Assembly (NCBI RefSeq): GCF_000150275.1
Contig: NW_002060964.1
Span: 1-64,000, forward strand
Length of the DNA: 64,000 nt
Direction of reading: 5' to 3'
Origin: Trichoplax adhaerens
Taxonomy: Eukaryota; Animalia; Placozoa
The notes below the pieces were generated by a model. That model searched no databases and had not been told where the DNA came from. It saw only the letters and a list, made by a program, of their open reading frames with translations. Shown one piece after another: positions 53,183 to 64,000 of the stretch; the first letter of the stretch is position 1, and each line of letters begins with the position of its first letter. The position numbers and the translations under genes were made by a program.

Positions 53183-54879
53183 ATGGCTGGAAGCGATATT
53201 CAAGTTGGTGAGGAGAAGCACAATCATGCTGTCAGAGGAAGACGGAAATCGGGACGCGTTTGGAAAGAGCAACATGCCAGGTAGAATACTTCGTTAATCT
53301 TGATGTGAATTTGAACTTTATTGGGAAAGGAGACGGTACATTAGGTAGCATAGCACTTGAGCAGCTCAAGCTTGTAAGATGCACTTTACTACTGGAAGTG
53401 TGCAGCGGATTTTTACCTGGACGATATGGGGATTACATGTAATAGAATCCGATGTTGGTATAGGGATGGAAAGAAGATTGCATGACGGTCAATTTCTAAA
53501 TAATTTGTGGCAATGTAGAGATAGAATTTAGTATTGTACTCGTAGACTTGATGCAAAGTGATATTATAACAGGTAGTGCACAGATACTAGTACGAAAGCG
53601 ATGCATTTTTCATCTGTGTGATAGTAGTATAAAGATGGAGACAACATTTCCTCTCGATCTGTTCCTAAAGAATAGGTCGTAGTGTAGAGATAGGGTTTAG
53701 TCTCGTGTAGATTTGATGTAAAGTGGCCTACTGTACGTGATAGCTTCGTTGCTCGCCATACCTTTAAAATGGATAGCTTAGAGTAAGAGGGATGGAAGGG
53801 AGTACTGGATAACTCAAATTTGAGCGCATACTCATTATACGATAAAATCTCAACAGGAGCAACGCAAAAATGAATGTCAAGCCCTTGCGTTCATCCTGGA
53901 AGGCGAAAATGAATAAGAAATTAACTAACCAATCCATTAAAGATTTTGAGAGAGAGCTTAAAGATACCGACCGAAAAGCAAAGGAAGTAAGTTCATGAAC
54001 TAGTAACTGACATTTAAATCATTCCAATGTAACAGCTATATGATTGATAAAGCTCGTTAGCGTCATAAGCTAATTAAATCAATCGTTCCTCTGGCAAAAT
54101 TTTCTGATTGATTATATTTGTCATCCAATATCTGGATTTCAAATCAATTCCCTCCAGCATTGAACTGAAACCATTCAACAGGAATCCTAGCTATTCTCTC
54201 AGTTTATCTTGCGTAGTGATCAGAATTTTAGTGTGGCAGCTAGCTGCTCTTTACAAGTAATCGCTATCATAAGCTACATACGTATATGTTATCAGTTACT
54301 ATCGTTTGCGGATGCATATAAGAAACTGGGAACCAATCTTTTGAATATATAGTATGGAAATATATATATATATATACTGTGCGTGTATATAGCTACTAGT
54401 GGTCTATTTCTGGTACAGCGTATCAGTTCATATCAGTACAGACTCCTCAAACCTTAGCTATTTAATACATTCCAAATATAACAGAGGCAGTCATTTTGCT
54501 GTCCAGTTGGTCGAGATGAATACTACGTTGAATAGACAGTAGTCACGACTATGATAACTACGGAACATATTCTAATCTAGGAGAAAAGACTAATCATGGA
54601 GGCCAGGAAAAAGCTCAAGGAAGAAAATGCTAGAAAGGCAGAAATCGTGCAAGTGGTAAATAGACTATATTTTGTAAAATTTACAGCAACTATATCCATC
54701 GTTTTGCAATACTGTAGATAATTCATTATCACAGAAATACTATAAATTATGTCATTGCTTGAAAGAATGTGATATGTATCTTATAAAGTAACCTTTATTT
54801 CATTGAATAATAGATTACTAAATCCAGCACACTGAAGAAAATGAAGAAAAAACATTTAAAAACTATCAGAATGGGATAA
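53183..54879 (+). CDS. CCDC86: Coiled-coil domain protein 86 (Cgr1 family, nucleolar), 4 exons
   Basis: RGRRKSGRVWKE, KPLRSSWKAKM, KLKEENARKAEIVQVITKSSTLKKMKKKHLKTI*. Confidence 0.9.
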
Positions 54880-55107
54880 ATAGATATTTTACTATTAGAA
54901 TAACATACGATTTACTTAATCAGTGCAATGTACATAACAGTGTAAAGCACCCTGATTATCCGTTATTGTTACGATTGGGCAACAATGTCTTTGGATATTT
55001 ATATAAAGTATGTGAAAATTGATGAGGATTTTTTAGATATTATATACAATTGTAAAAGATAATAGTATGACAATCATGGCAGTCAATATAATACGTTTTT
55101 ATAAGAC

Positions 55108-56127
55108 TCATTCCTTATCATGGCTGTCGTAATGCTCCACTAACTTTGAATAAACCACATGTGATACACCTGTAATTAGTGTTTGATTTAAAAATTCTAA
55201 TACTAATTGCACGATAGGCCATTTTGCATCGCTGATATCATGATTACCGTTGGCCATCCATGTTTGCAACAATACAATCATTTCTATCGGGAAAATTTTG
55301 ATGATATCTCTCGCTGGAGGGAGATCATCGATGCAATGAATATGCCTAGATTTAAAACTATCAACAACGCCATTTACATCTGGTTGCATAGTATGAAATA
55401 CTTTGCCTATCCATTCACAATAGGACTGTAGAGCTGACTTTTGGTCATTTTTGTTCACAATATTGTTAGCATAATCAATCATTACCTTCCAAGGAATTTC
55501 TTCCCACTTTTGCTGATAGAATAATACTAAGGTAGCAACGAGAACTTTCTCTAGTGTATTCATTGCTATGCTAGGGATAGAGAGGTTTAACTTAGAGCAT
55601 ATATCTTTAACGATAGCGTCAATAAATGATGTTATATTATCAGGACGTGTATAACTTGCTTCAACATTACTATTCCGAATTGGACTGGAGCCAATCTGAT
55701 CAGCTGGTATGAGTTGGACATGTAGATCTTGAGTCAGAGATAGATCATGCTCTCTAGCCAGCCATGTATCCTGTAAACTTATTAATATAGATTTTTGACA
55801 ACTTCTGGACAAGAGTTCGAAGGCTGCTTTAAAGACACCTTGAATACTATAAAACCATACACCATTGGAGGTCCCACGGATGCCTTTGATGCTTATATTA
55901 TCCATGGTTAACTTAGTTGCTAGACCCTCTTTTGCATAATTTGAATGAACTCGAGGTAAATTCTCTGTTCTGATGCTGGATGATTTTAATACATCAGCAC
56001 CCAAGTATAATGGAATACATTGGCTGTCTTCTATCAACATCGTACTTACATATTGATATTTTATCAAGTAGATTACGCGAAGCTGCAGAGTACCTACATC
56101 GATTGTTGCTAAACTAATTCTATTCAT
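55108..56127 (-). CDS. Unidentified ~339-aa protein, single coding exon
   Basis: >1 kb open frame in AT-rich DNA with globular-protein composition. First ATG at 56127; the frame is open to 56196, where an AG acceptor lies. Family not recognised. Confidence 0.8.
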   Translation of the reverse strand: MNRISLATIDVGTLQLRVIYLIKYQYVSTMLIEDSQCIPLYLGADVLKSSSIRTENLPRVHSNYAKEGLATKLTMDNISIKGIRGTSNGVWFYSIQGVFKAAFELLSRSCQKSILISLQDTWLAREHDLSLTQDLHVQLIPADQIGSSPIRNSNVEASYTRPDNITSFIDAIVKDICSKLNLSIPSIAMNTLEKVLVATLVLFYQQKWEEIPWKVMIDYANNIVNKNDQKSALQSYCEWIGKVFHTMQPDVNGVVDSFKSRHIHCIDDLPPARDIIKIFPIEMIVLLQTWMANGNHDISDAKWPIVQLVLEFLNQTLITGVSHVVYSKLVEHYDSHDKE

Positions 56128-56713
56128 AGCAGAGCGTTCAATGTCTGCTAGGGAATGAGTAAAAATTTGTAACTCTTTCTCTTCCAGATGTGCCACTATT
56201 GGTCAGTCGGTCTCGCCTTGAATCTTCAATATACAGTACACTATGCAGCACGGGCGTGGGTATACATAACTTACTCTCGAATTAATTCTTACAAGGCTTG
56301 TAGGGCCTTGTAGATATTATTAAGTGCAACAACTTTCAACTATGCTTATCATTATTCCATCCAGTTAGCAATAGCCTCGCTCTCTAGCAATCTACAACCT
56401 GTATTTTCTATAGAATTTGGACTTCTAAACTACAGCACAGTAGTGTTTTGAATTAACCTATCGTCGATGTTGATTGATTCAAAGCTCACTGTATAGTCGT
56501 CGAGAATCCAAAGTCAGTAAAAGAACAAGCAGCAATTGTCAATTTGTCACTGCAGTTATTAACAATTATCTAACATGCAGTACTCGATTTACTGCAGAAG
56601 TCCATCCTTCTGGACTGCTGTACACAGGGACTAGTCTGGAGAACGGTTCGGTTCGGTTCAATACCTTTACGATCTACTATATATCAGGGACTAAAAGGAG
56701 AGACGGCGTAATA

Positions 56714-56735
56714 CCGTACTGTACTGTACTGTACG
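56714..56735. repeat. (CTGTA)n array upstream of TXNDC17
   Basis: CCGTACTGTACTGTACTGTACG, about 120 bp upstream of ATG 56853. Confidence 0.8.
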
Positions 56736-56852
56736 CTAATGCCACAAGCACTTGCGCAGTTGGAGGTCCCTAACTGATTAGAGTCTCTGTCTGTTTACTG
56801 TGTTCAGGGCCCCCACTTTACCTTTCTAATACGCTCGGTTTCCTAGACAATC

Positions 56853-58719
56853 ATGGCGAGACTAGCGGTCGTAGGCCTTAAGGAGCTTTTACAAGTTATT
56901 GCAGAGAACAAGAGCCGTTACACGACAATTTTTGTCAAATATTACGGAGATTATGATGATCATGGCCTTAGTTGGTGTCCAGATTGTGTAAAAGGTAAGT
57001 TACATGCTAATACTGGAGGATCGAAGCTTTTGCAGGCATGTTACAGTGAATGACAGTATTCTTAACATGTTCTAGTCAAATAGATCGTGGCTTGGTTGAA
57101 ATATTGCTCTCCACTCAAATTGAACTCTGTGTACGATAATTAGATTAAACTATTAGTCACATTGCTATAGGAAGTCGTTGCTATTCTATCGCTCCACAGT
57201 AAGCTTTACTTTAAGTATATAAATGATATTTTACAGAACTAATTAGCTAATTATCTTACTCGAAATACTGCACTCTCTTACTATTCTTCTCCATCCAAAG
57301 TCATACTAATAACTCACTAATAGCACTCATTTTTGAGTAGGACAGAGATTTAGTAGTCCTTGACTGTACGTATCATAGTGCAAACGCATTCAGTAGCTTT
57401 ATCTTATTGATGAATTGAACTTCATTACATGATCAGTTAAAAACGTATTTCGACAAAGTAACCTTGTCTATCAATGCCATCATAAATTTGTATGTTGATT
57501 TCGTACTATAGAGCTTCGTCATTTGTTAAAGGGTATCGAAATTAAGCTGTATCTGTAAATAGTATGACGCTAATTTTGTCATCAGTTAAAGGATATCAAA
57601 ATTAAGCTGTATCTGTAAATAGTATTATACCGAACAGGTGCTTTACTTGTAAGCATGATCTGTTCTACTGACCAGAGGACAAAGTAGAGTACATTGCTCT
57701 TCTGAGTTCTTCTAGCAGCTGCCACTCTAGTGGCGGCCTAGAAATACACTTCTATGCTAATTTAACTTAGGATCGCGACTACTACTACGAAAAATGATTG
57801 ACAATAATTAATTACAATATTAGACGTTGTACAAATCGAAATAAATGATACTAATGACTATGTTTGGTAAATACATTCCATTTAGCTGAACCCATTATCG
57901 ACAAAATTTTCAGTGAACTGAAGGATAACGTGCTGTTAGTTTCCTGTGCTGTTGGAGACCGACCAAAGTACAGTATTAAACTTTCAATTTTTATAATGGC
58001 TTTTAACTTAATCCATAGATATGTAGTCACATACACGAGACATTTAAAAGTTTTTAATCAATGATTCTTTCAACGTTAATTGAAGAGGGTAATGTAACAC
58101 AGAATTCGACGTCAATGTGTATCATGCGTCAGCGTTAACATCAATTTATATATGAACATTAATTGTTATCATGATTAAGGTGGAAAGATCAAGAGAATGA
58201 ATTTAGAAAACATGAAATCATTCAGCTGAAGTCTATTCCAACCTTAATCGAATGGGGAACTGTAAGATATTTTACTTGAATTAATAAAATAAAATACATG
58301 GAGATGAACTAACAAACAACGCCGTGATTGCACAGTTATATTACATTATGACAATAGTAAGTAACAGTCCGTCGATTTTAAGCGTTAATTCCTTCACTTA
58401 ATTCTGCACATGAAAAGTATGGTAAAAAATTAACGATAGATGAATAATTTCGTTCAGTGTTACAGACAATTTGTAATTGCTATAGCATATCCATAGAATG
58501 TATGACATTAATGCCGCATAAAATAAGACAGTAATTACAAATGCATAGGTATTTTGTTTACATGAAGTCGTTATGAGGTCAATATAAAATGAAGGGATTA
58601 GAAAGATCCCGTATAACCTAAAGTAGTTTAATTTCAAGTTTTCATTTATTTTACAGGATCGTACGGTAATTGAAGAAGATTGTCGAGATGAAAGCCTAGT
58701 TAAACAGTTTTTTCGATTA
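56853..58719 (+). CDS. TXNDC17: Thioredoxin-related protein of 14 kDa (TRP14), 4 exons
   Basis: GLSWCPDCVKAEPII active site, VGDRPKWKDQENEFRK, LKSIPTLIEWG; TAA ends 58719. Confidence 0.95.
57518..57625. repeat. 60-bp-period tandem duplication in TXNDC17 intron 1
   Basis: GTCAT..GTTAAAGG.TATC.AAATTAAGCTGTATCTGTAAATAGTAT occurs twice, 60 bp apart. Confidence 0.9.
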
Positions 58720-58851
58720 AAGTAGTTTCTTGCAAGGTCCTGGTTATGGCGATTTAAAAATTCAACTAGTCGTCTTATTTGGAACATAGTTAATTACATA
58801 GTTATTGCATAGCGTTATCATGAGTTGGCAATATCTTGTGCTTGTTCACGA

Positions 58852-59736
58852 TTAATCTTCCTTACTGATATCTCCATGTTTCATTCTTGCGATGCTTTGC
58901 AAAACATCGTCAAATCTTGTCATTTTATCACGTTTACTTCTGTTAGTCATGGAAGTTATTTTAACAGGCCGTAGTAAGTCCTCTTCCGCATCGATATCAT
59001 CGAATATATCAAAGCTACAATAACAAATACGGAGAGATCACGATTGCAATTTGGTATATCTGTTTATGTGACTAATATACTGCGCAAATACGTAAAGTAC
59101 TATAATCGTTAATAAATGCGAGGCTACAAATCTACTGTATATTGATTGGACTGAGTATTAAAACAATCAATCACCGATATTGCTTATAATTTTCAATTTT
59201 ATTGGCATAAAGTGCGTAACAGATACTGTCGCACCGTGGCCATTATTCAATCATAGCAATTTGTCGTACTGTTCGTTGTCTAGCATCTTCTGGTTTACTT
59301 TCAAGTACTGTATACCGTATAGTGATGACGTTTAGAAGTCAATCAGTAAAGTTTGATCCGAATAATACCTCAATAAACGTACAGTATTGTGATCGATAAG
59401 AGTTAAGACCAACGAATCTGTATTACTAGCATTGTTCTGTTAAGCCCAATTCATAGCAAATCTTACTGAGATAAAGAATCTCAATCTTACAAATAGAATC
59501 TTTCAAGCATGCTATACGAACATATCCTACCTACTGCTTTCTTGAATAGTTTGACTTTGGTGCCTGGCCTCTGTTATTAGCTTATTTTGGCCATGACTCT
59601 GATCAGGCTTAGGCTGCTTAGCATTTTGTTTAGGGCTCGGGTATCTACGGGTTAATTCTAATGTACCTTCCTTGTGTATTTTTTCGTATAAAGAGGCTAT
59701 TTCGGTATCGTCCAAACCTTTCAAAGTTTCAGTCAT
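58852..59736 (-). CDS. PAGR1: PAXIP1-associated protein PA1-like, 2 coding exons (59736-59531, 59014-58852)
   Basis: EIASLYEKIHKEGTLELTRRYPSP, SFDIFDD and TRFDDVLQSIAR resemble, in order, the recalled PAGR1 blocks EIQRLYELLAAHGTLEL..RRPPTP, EFDFDD and ARLDKVLSDMKR. Phase-2 splice is in frame. Confidence 0.75.
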
Positions 59737-60365
59737 TTTGATTAATTAACTGGTGGAGTACATTTTATCAAATCAATGCTTGCAAATATCCTAGAGTCAG
59801 CATTCCATGCAGTAGACAATCGTTGATGCTGTTCTATTTCAATGAGTTTAATTTATCTGCTTGCACTTTATTTCTCTTAATTACTTCAATGGCAGGTTCG
59901 CTATGGGGGCCAATAAAAAGGGTACCAAGTAGATCGGAATATTTGCTGGAGATTGTTGTATAAGCACTTGCATATAGTCTGTATGGCTATGTGTTGTACA
60001 CTTGTAGTCTGTAGATTAATTAACGTACTGTACGCCGCGTCATTAATATTATCGAGCTTCGTGCAGTCCACTTGCCAGCTCTCGATCAGTTGCTCCTTCC
60101 GCCTTGAACTACAGAACTTCAATTCACAGAACACCTTGACAAAGATACCATAAAATCTTTAGGGTAACCTGAACATTTTAAATTATAAGTTGAAAGCTTA
60201 CTTCATTATCCGCTAGAGCGTGAAGGTAGAATATTGGACTTACTCAAGATTGGATCATTTCATTAAGAGTCGACTGCCCCACTTGCAACCACAGCCATCT
60301 TGACCATCTCTTTCAAGGTAAAACCGTCCATCTGGTGTTTACGTTTTGAAGCGGCGCGGCACTAT

Positions 60366-60483
60366 TACAGTACAGTACAGTACTGTACACTGTACGCTAC
60401 TGTACTGTACTGTAGTTCCCGCGCAAACTCGGTCCGTACTGTACAGTACAGTACAGTACAGTACAGTACAGTAAGGTACTGTA
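60366..60483. repeat. (TACAG)n/(CTGTA)n array in PAGR1-MKS1 divergent intergenic region
   Basis: TACAGTACAGTACAGTACTGTACACTGTA...CTGTACTGTACTGTA and a run of six TACAG at ~60442-60471. Confidence 0.92.
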
Positions 60484-60492
60484 GAAGTCCAC

Positions 60493-60506
60493 AATGCCAT
60501 GGAAAC
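60493..60506. promoter_or_regulatory. Degenerate RFX X-box upstream of MKS1
   Basis: AATGCCATGGAAAC (2 mismatches to GTTGCCATGGAAAC), 80 bp upstream of the ATG. Confidence 0.5.
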
Positions 60507-60586
60507 TAGTCAGTGAAATCCGATCAGATTACTCATTGCACTACGGACTTGCGGACTGTCTGCTATGAACTAACAAATTCCAAAAT

Positions 60587-63500
60587 ATGGAGAACCTACA
60601 ACGAAATATAGCGTCCTATTATCGATCGAAAGATCCTATTAGAAATTTAAAAATTAGGTGAACACTCTATCCTACATGTAGAATAGAATTCGTCCTTTGT
60701 ATAGCTCAAATGTGATAATAAACTTATCAAATATAATATCATTGATGATAACTTGGATCCGTTTCCCGAATCATGAATGGGTGGCGCTTAGCATACTGGA
60801 TCGACATAATTGAAATTTAGCAGATAGAGAGTTAATGTTTTAACTCTTTATTTTTATGTATTCTATTTAGAGTCACATTGAAGAAGGTTACAGCGGCCAG
60901 CGTAGTGCCGACCTTCGCCCATGAAAACAAAAAGCCAAGTGATCAGATTGAAATGCAAACAATAAAGAAGGAAGATGAAAGTATGGAATTGACGCAGATA
61001 TCGATTACGTATTAAACTTTGCTTTCACTGTTTTTGAATACATAAAATAAGACAGCAATATTTCCACGATATGGCATTTGTTTAAGAACTCTTATAAAAT
61101 ATAATGATTATATCGTATTTCAATTTCTGTTATAGAAACTGAGAATAAAGCCGAGGAATGTGTTATTGGATGGCAAGAGAAACTGTATTGTAAGGTAAAC
61201 TGAACGCAACATCATATAACTTTTTAATAAGATAAAAATATCGAACGGATAATGTTAATGGTTTATGGTATCGCTGAAATAAGTTATCAGCTAATGTCAA
61301 ATCTCATTTAGAGGGAAACAGATTATTATGCTGATTCGGAAAACTGTAATAGCGTCCTGGATCACCTTTATCATAAGGAAGTTCTGTCCGTTAGGTAAGA
61401 TACAACAGATTTTTCTCCATAAATTGATTAATCATTATTACTGAGCGTTAAATTGTTAAAATGAGTTCTAATCCACTCTAAAGTAACGCTTTAAATTGAT
61501 CAACGTTAGAAATAGCAGGACAAACAAAAGGTTGTTTAGTTATGTGGATCATGATAATTTTGCCGATGATGAGAATGTAAGTCAACTGATTCGATATAGG
61601 ATAGAAATTTAATAGTAGAGCTCTTTAACTCTTACTAATGGAGTAATGGAATCATATGATATAAGCATGAGTTATGCTTCTAACTTGCAATGCACCTTTT
61701 ACTTGAATTGAACTCAAGTTTACAGACGGTACTTCGATAGCTTGGATTACTAATAATAGCAATTGCTGAATATTTATTACTATATTTTTTGTAGAACGAC
61801 GATGATGAAACAATCTATGTCACTCCTGTTGCGAAACGCATTTCTAATTTAAGAAGAAGACGCTTAGCTAATAAATCAATGGGAGATAGAGCGTAAGAGA
61901 TGACTATAAATACGAAAACCAAATTTTTTTAATTAAAAAAACTCTATCTAATGCAGTAATTCCTACGAATAAATATTAGAGACAAAGACGGCAACAAAGT
62001 GGCATTGCAGTTCAAGAACCCTATAAGCGACGATTCCTCTCGCACCTTATCTAAATTAATTGTTCCAGAGCAAAGCATGTTCATAATGGCAGATTTAAGC
62101 AATGACGATAGGTTGCAAAGATAATTTATTATTGCCGTATACACATAACCTTTGATTTACTGAGCATAATATTTTTTATTTATAAATAAATCAGAGAGCC
62201 AACTAAAGAGGACGAATACGTGCTATGTTCTGTTACGGTAATGAGTTGGTAACTCTCTTTCTTCAAATACTTGTTTCACTATTAACGTTATTATTTGCCG
62301 CATATAGATTAATAGTAATGGATTAATTTCAATTAAACCGGATTTTAATACGTCAAATTCCTCATATCGTATAGTTACTAAATCAGAATATCAAGGTATT
62401 GCTGATGAAACATTATGTTTAATAATACTAACCGATTGAAAAATTCTCAAGCATGTGATTGTCATTTTCCGCAGAGGTTTATGAATATCGTTTAGAACAT
62501 TGTAGCAAACCAATGTCTAAAGTAGAAGAAGATAGGGAAAAGAAGGCACTTAAAGAGGTTGTTAGCTCTCCACATATTAAACCAGATATGATATTGTATT
62601 CCTCATATATCAATGCCTACATTATACCAATCTCATTCGTAGCTTGAATTTTAATCTGATATATCAGATTTTAAATACTAAGACCTTGCACCTATTTAGT
62701 TATATCAAAGGCACGGTGCTTACCAAGCAAGTCTAATCGGTACAGAATTTGCAACACCGGTTAGTTACAAAATATTACTTACAATGCTTTTTTCTTCTAA
62801 CAATTTGTCAATTTTAAGCAAATGTTAACATTTGATCGATATTAACTAATAATTAGCCACCCTCTGGAACTTTAAGAGTAAACATCTTTGGAGAAATTAG
62901 TACGTTAATCAATTTACATGCATCTAAAGAATGATATTTTTCCGCGATTATTAAATATGAATTATCACAACTTTTCTGTAGATATGGCAAAGAATTTTGA
63001 ATACAATGATATTTATATCCACTACTGTTTATATCTTACAACTGGTATGATCACTGGAGCTATTTCACGCTACATACATACAGACGGCTGCGGTTTAGCT
63101 AATTACTTACCTGCTGCTGTTGCTGTTGTTATAATTTAGAATGGAAAACAAGAGACTCGGACGTAATTGCTGGCTTTACCCAAATTTCTAAGTGCAAAGG
63201 CGATAAAGTATGATAATTGCCCAGTAACCTTAATTTTATGTAATTTTATCGGCTACTTTAATGCTAAAAATCAAGTAATTTTATACTTACAACATATGTC
63301 TATGACTTGTGGTAATTAAGGAAAAAACTGCTCATTTTGGGCATCCTTTCGAGTTTGAAATTACGTATGAGAAAGCAAATTTTAACCAAGGTATGTTCGG
63401 AATGTCTAGATGTATACATGCGCTTTCAAATGTATGTTCCATTCAATTTTTTAAGCATTCGTATTTTTTAAACACTATTAAACATCATATAGTTGGTGTA

Positions 63501-64000
63501 TCAGAGTGGCCACAGTTATTCATAGAAGTAGTATCTTGCGATAGTTGGCAAAGATATCGTATAGAGGGATACGGTTATACCTTAATACCGCAAGCTCCAG
63601 GTATGATTAACTGTGATAAGTTGTAGTATAATACATTTGATAGTAGTAAGCTTATAATATGTTAATACAAACGTAAATTTACGCTTTAAGCGACAAGTAG
63701 ACATGACAAACTGTGAGAAATCGTAGTACTATATGCATTATGCTGTAGTTATAAACTTAAAACTGTGTTAATATAACGATACAGGTAATTTAAGTGTTTA
63801 AAAACTAGCAAAAATCATCTTACCAATACATTATTATTATTATAACAGGTATGCATAAAATCGAGATTCAGACGTGGAGACCGGTGGCCCCCGATTTAGT
63901 TTCCGAAATGAGAAGATTTTTTATTGGTGGTGCACCTGAACTTAACGATATAACTTATGTTTCACATCCTGCAGGAAGTGATGTAATTATAGCAGCGTAT
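60587..64000 (+). CDS. MKS1: Meckel syndrome 1 B9-domain transition-zone protein, 3'-truncated by window end
   Basis: YYRSKDPIRNLKIRVTL, ECVIGWQEKL, MFIMADL, GLISIKPDFN, B9 domain LRVNIFGEI, AHFGHPFEF, WPQLFIEVVSCDSWQRYRIEGYGY, TWRP, EMRRFFIGGAPEL. Confidence 0.95.

Noticed and set aside
1-64000. tRNA, rRNA, snoRNA genes and autonomous transposons
   Set aside because: No cloverleaf, rRNA-like sequence, transposase or reverse transcriptase motifs seen by eye. Intronic snoRNAs cannot be excluded without an Infernal/Rfam search.

Overview
AT-rich eukaryotic (animal) genomic DNA with compact genes and many short GT-AG introns. The gene content, intron sizes and base composition suggest a non-bilaterian such as a placozoan (Trichoplax-like), which is an inference. 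By hand-splicing I recognise 12 genes plus one unidentified ORF: TADA2A(-), KIF22(+), ZDHHC5/8-like(-), HIRA(+), two intronless carboxypeptidase-M-like paralogs(+), LRRC74(-), RAD9(-), CCDC86(+), an unidentified intronless ORF(-), TXNDC17(+), PAGR1(-) and MKS1(+, runs off the window end). Most entries in the ORF track are exon fragments or noise. The strongest unexplained pattern is a (TACAG)n/(CTGTA)n pentamer array in every one of the five divergent intergenic regions, about 30-140 bp upstream of a start codon, and essentially absent from the repeat-rich 25-45 kb block; it is a candidate lineage-specific promoter element. Other observations: a U12 minor intron in the ZDHHC gene, a decayed duplicate of its last exon, two lesions in the TADA2A ZZ-finger exons, RFX X-boxes before ciliary genes, CCAAT/CHR/E2F-type cell-cycle promoters, a 72-bp-arm hairpin, and several degenerate tandem arrays. 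Coordinates were counted by hand, and repeat boundaries are approximate.
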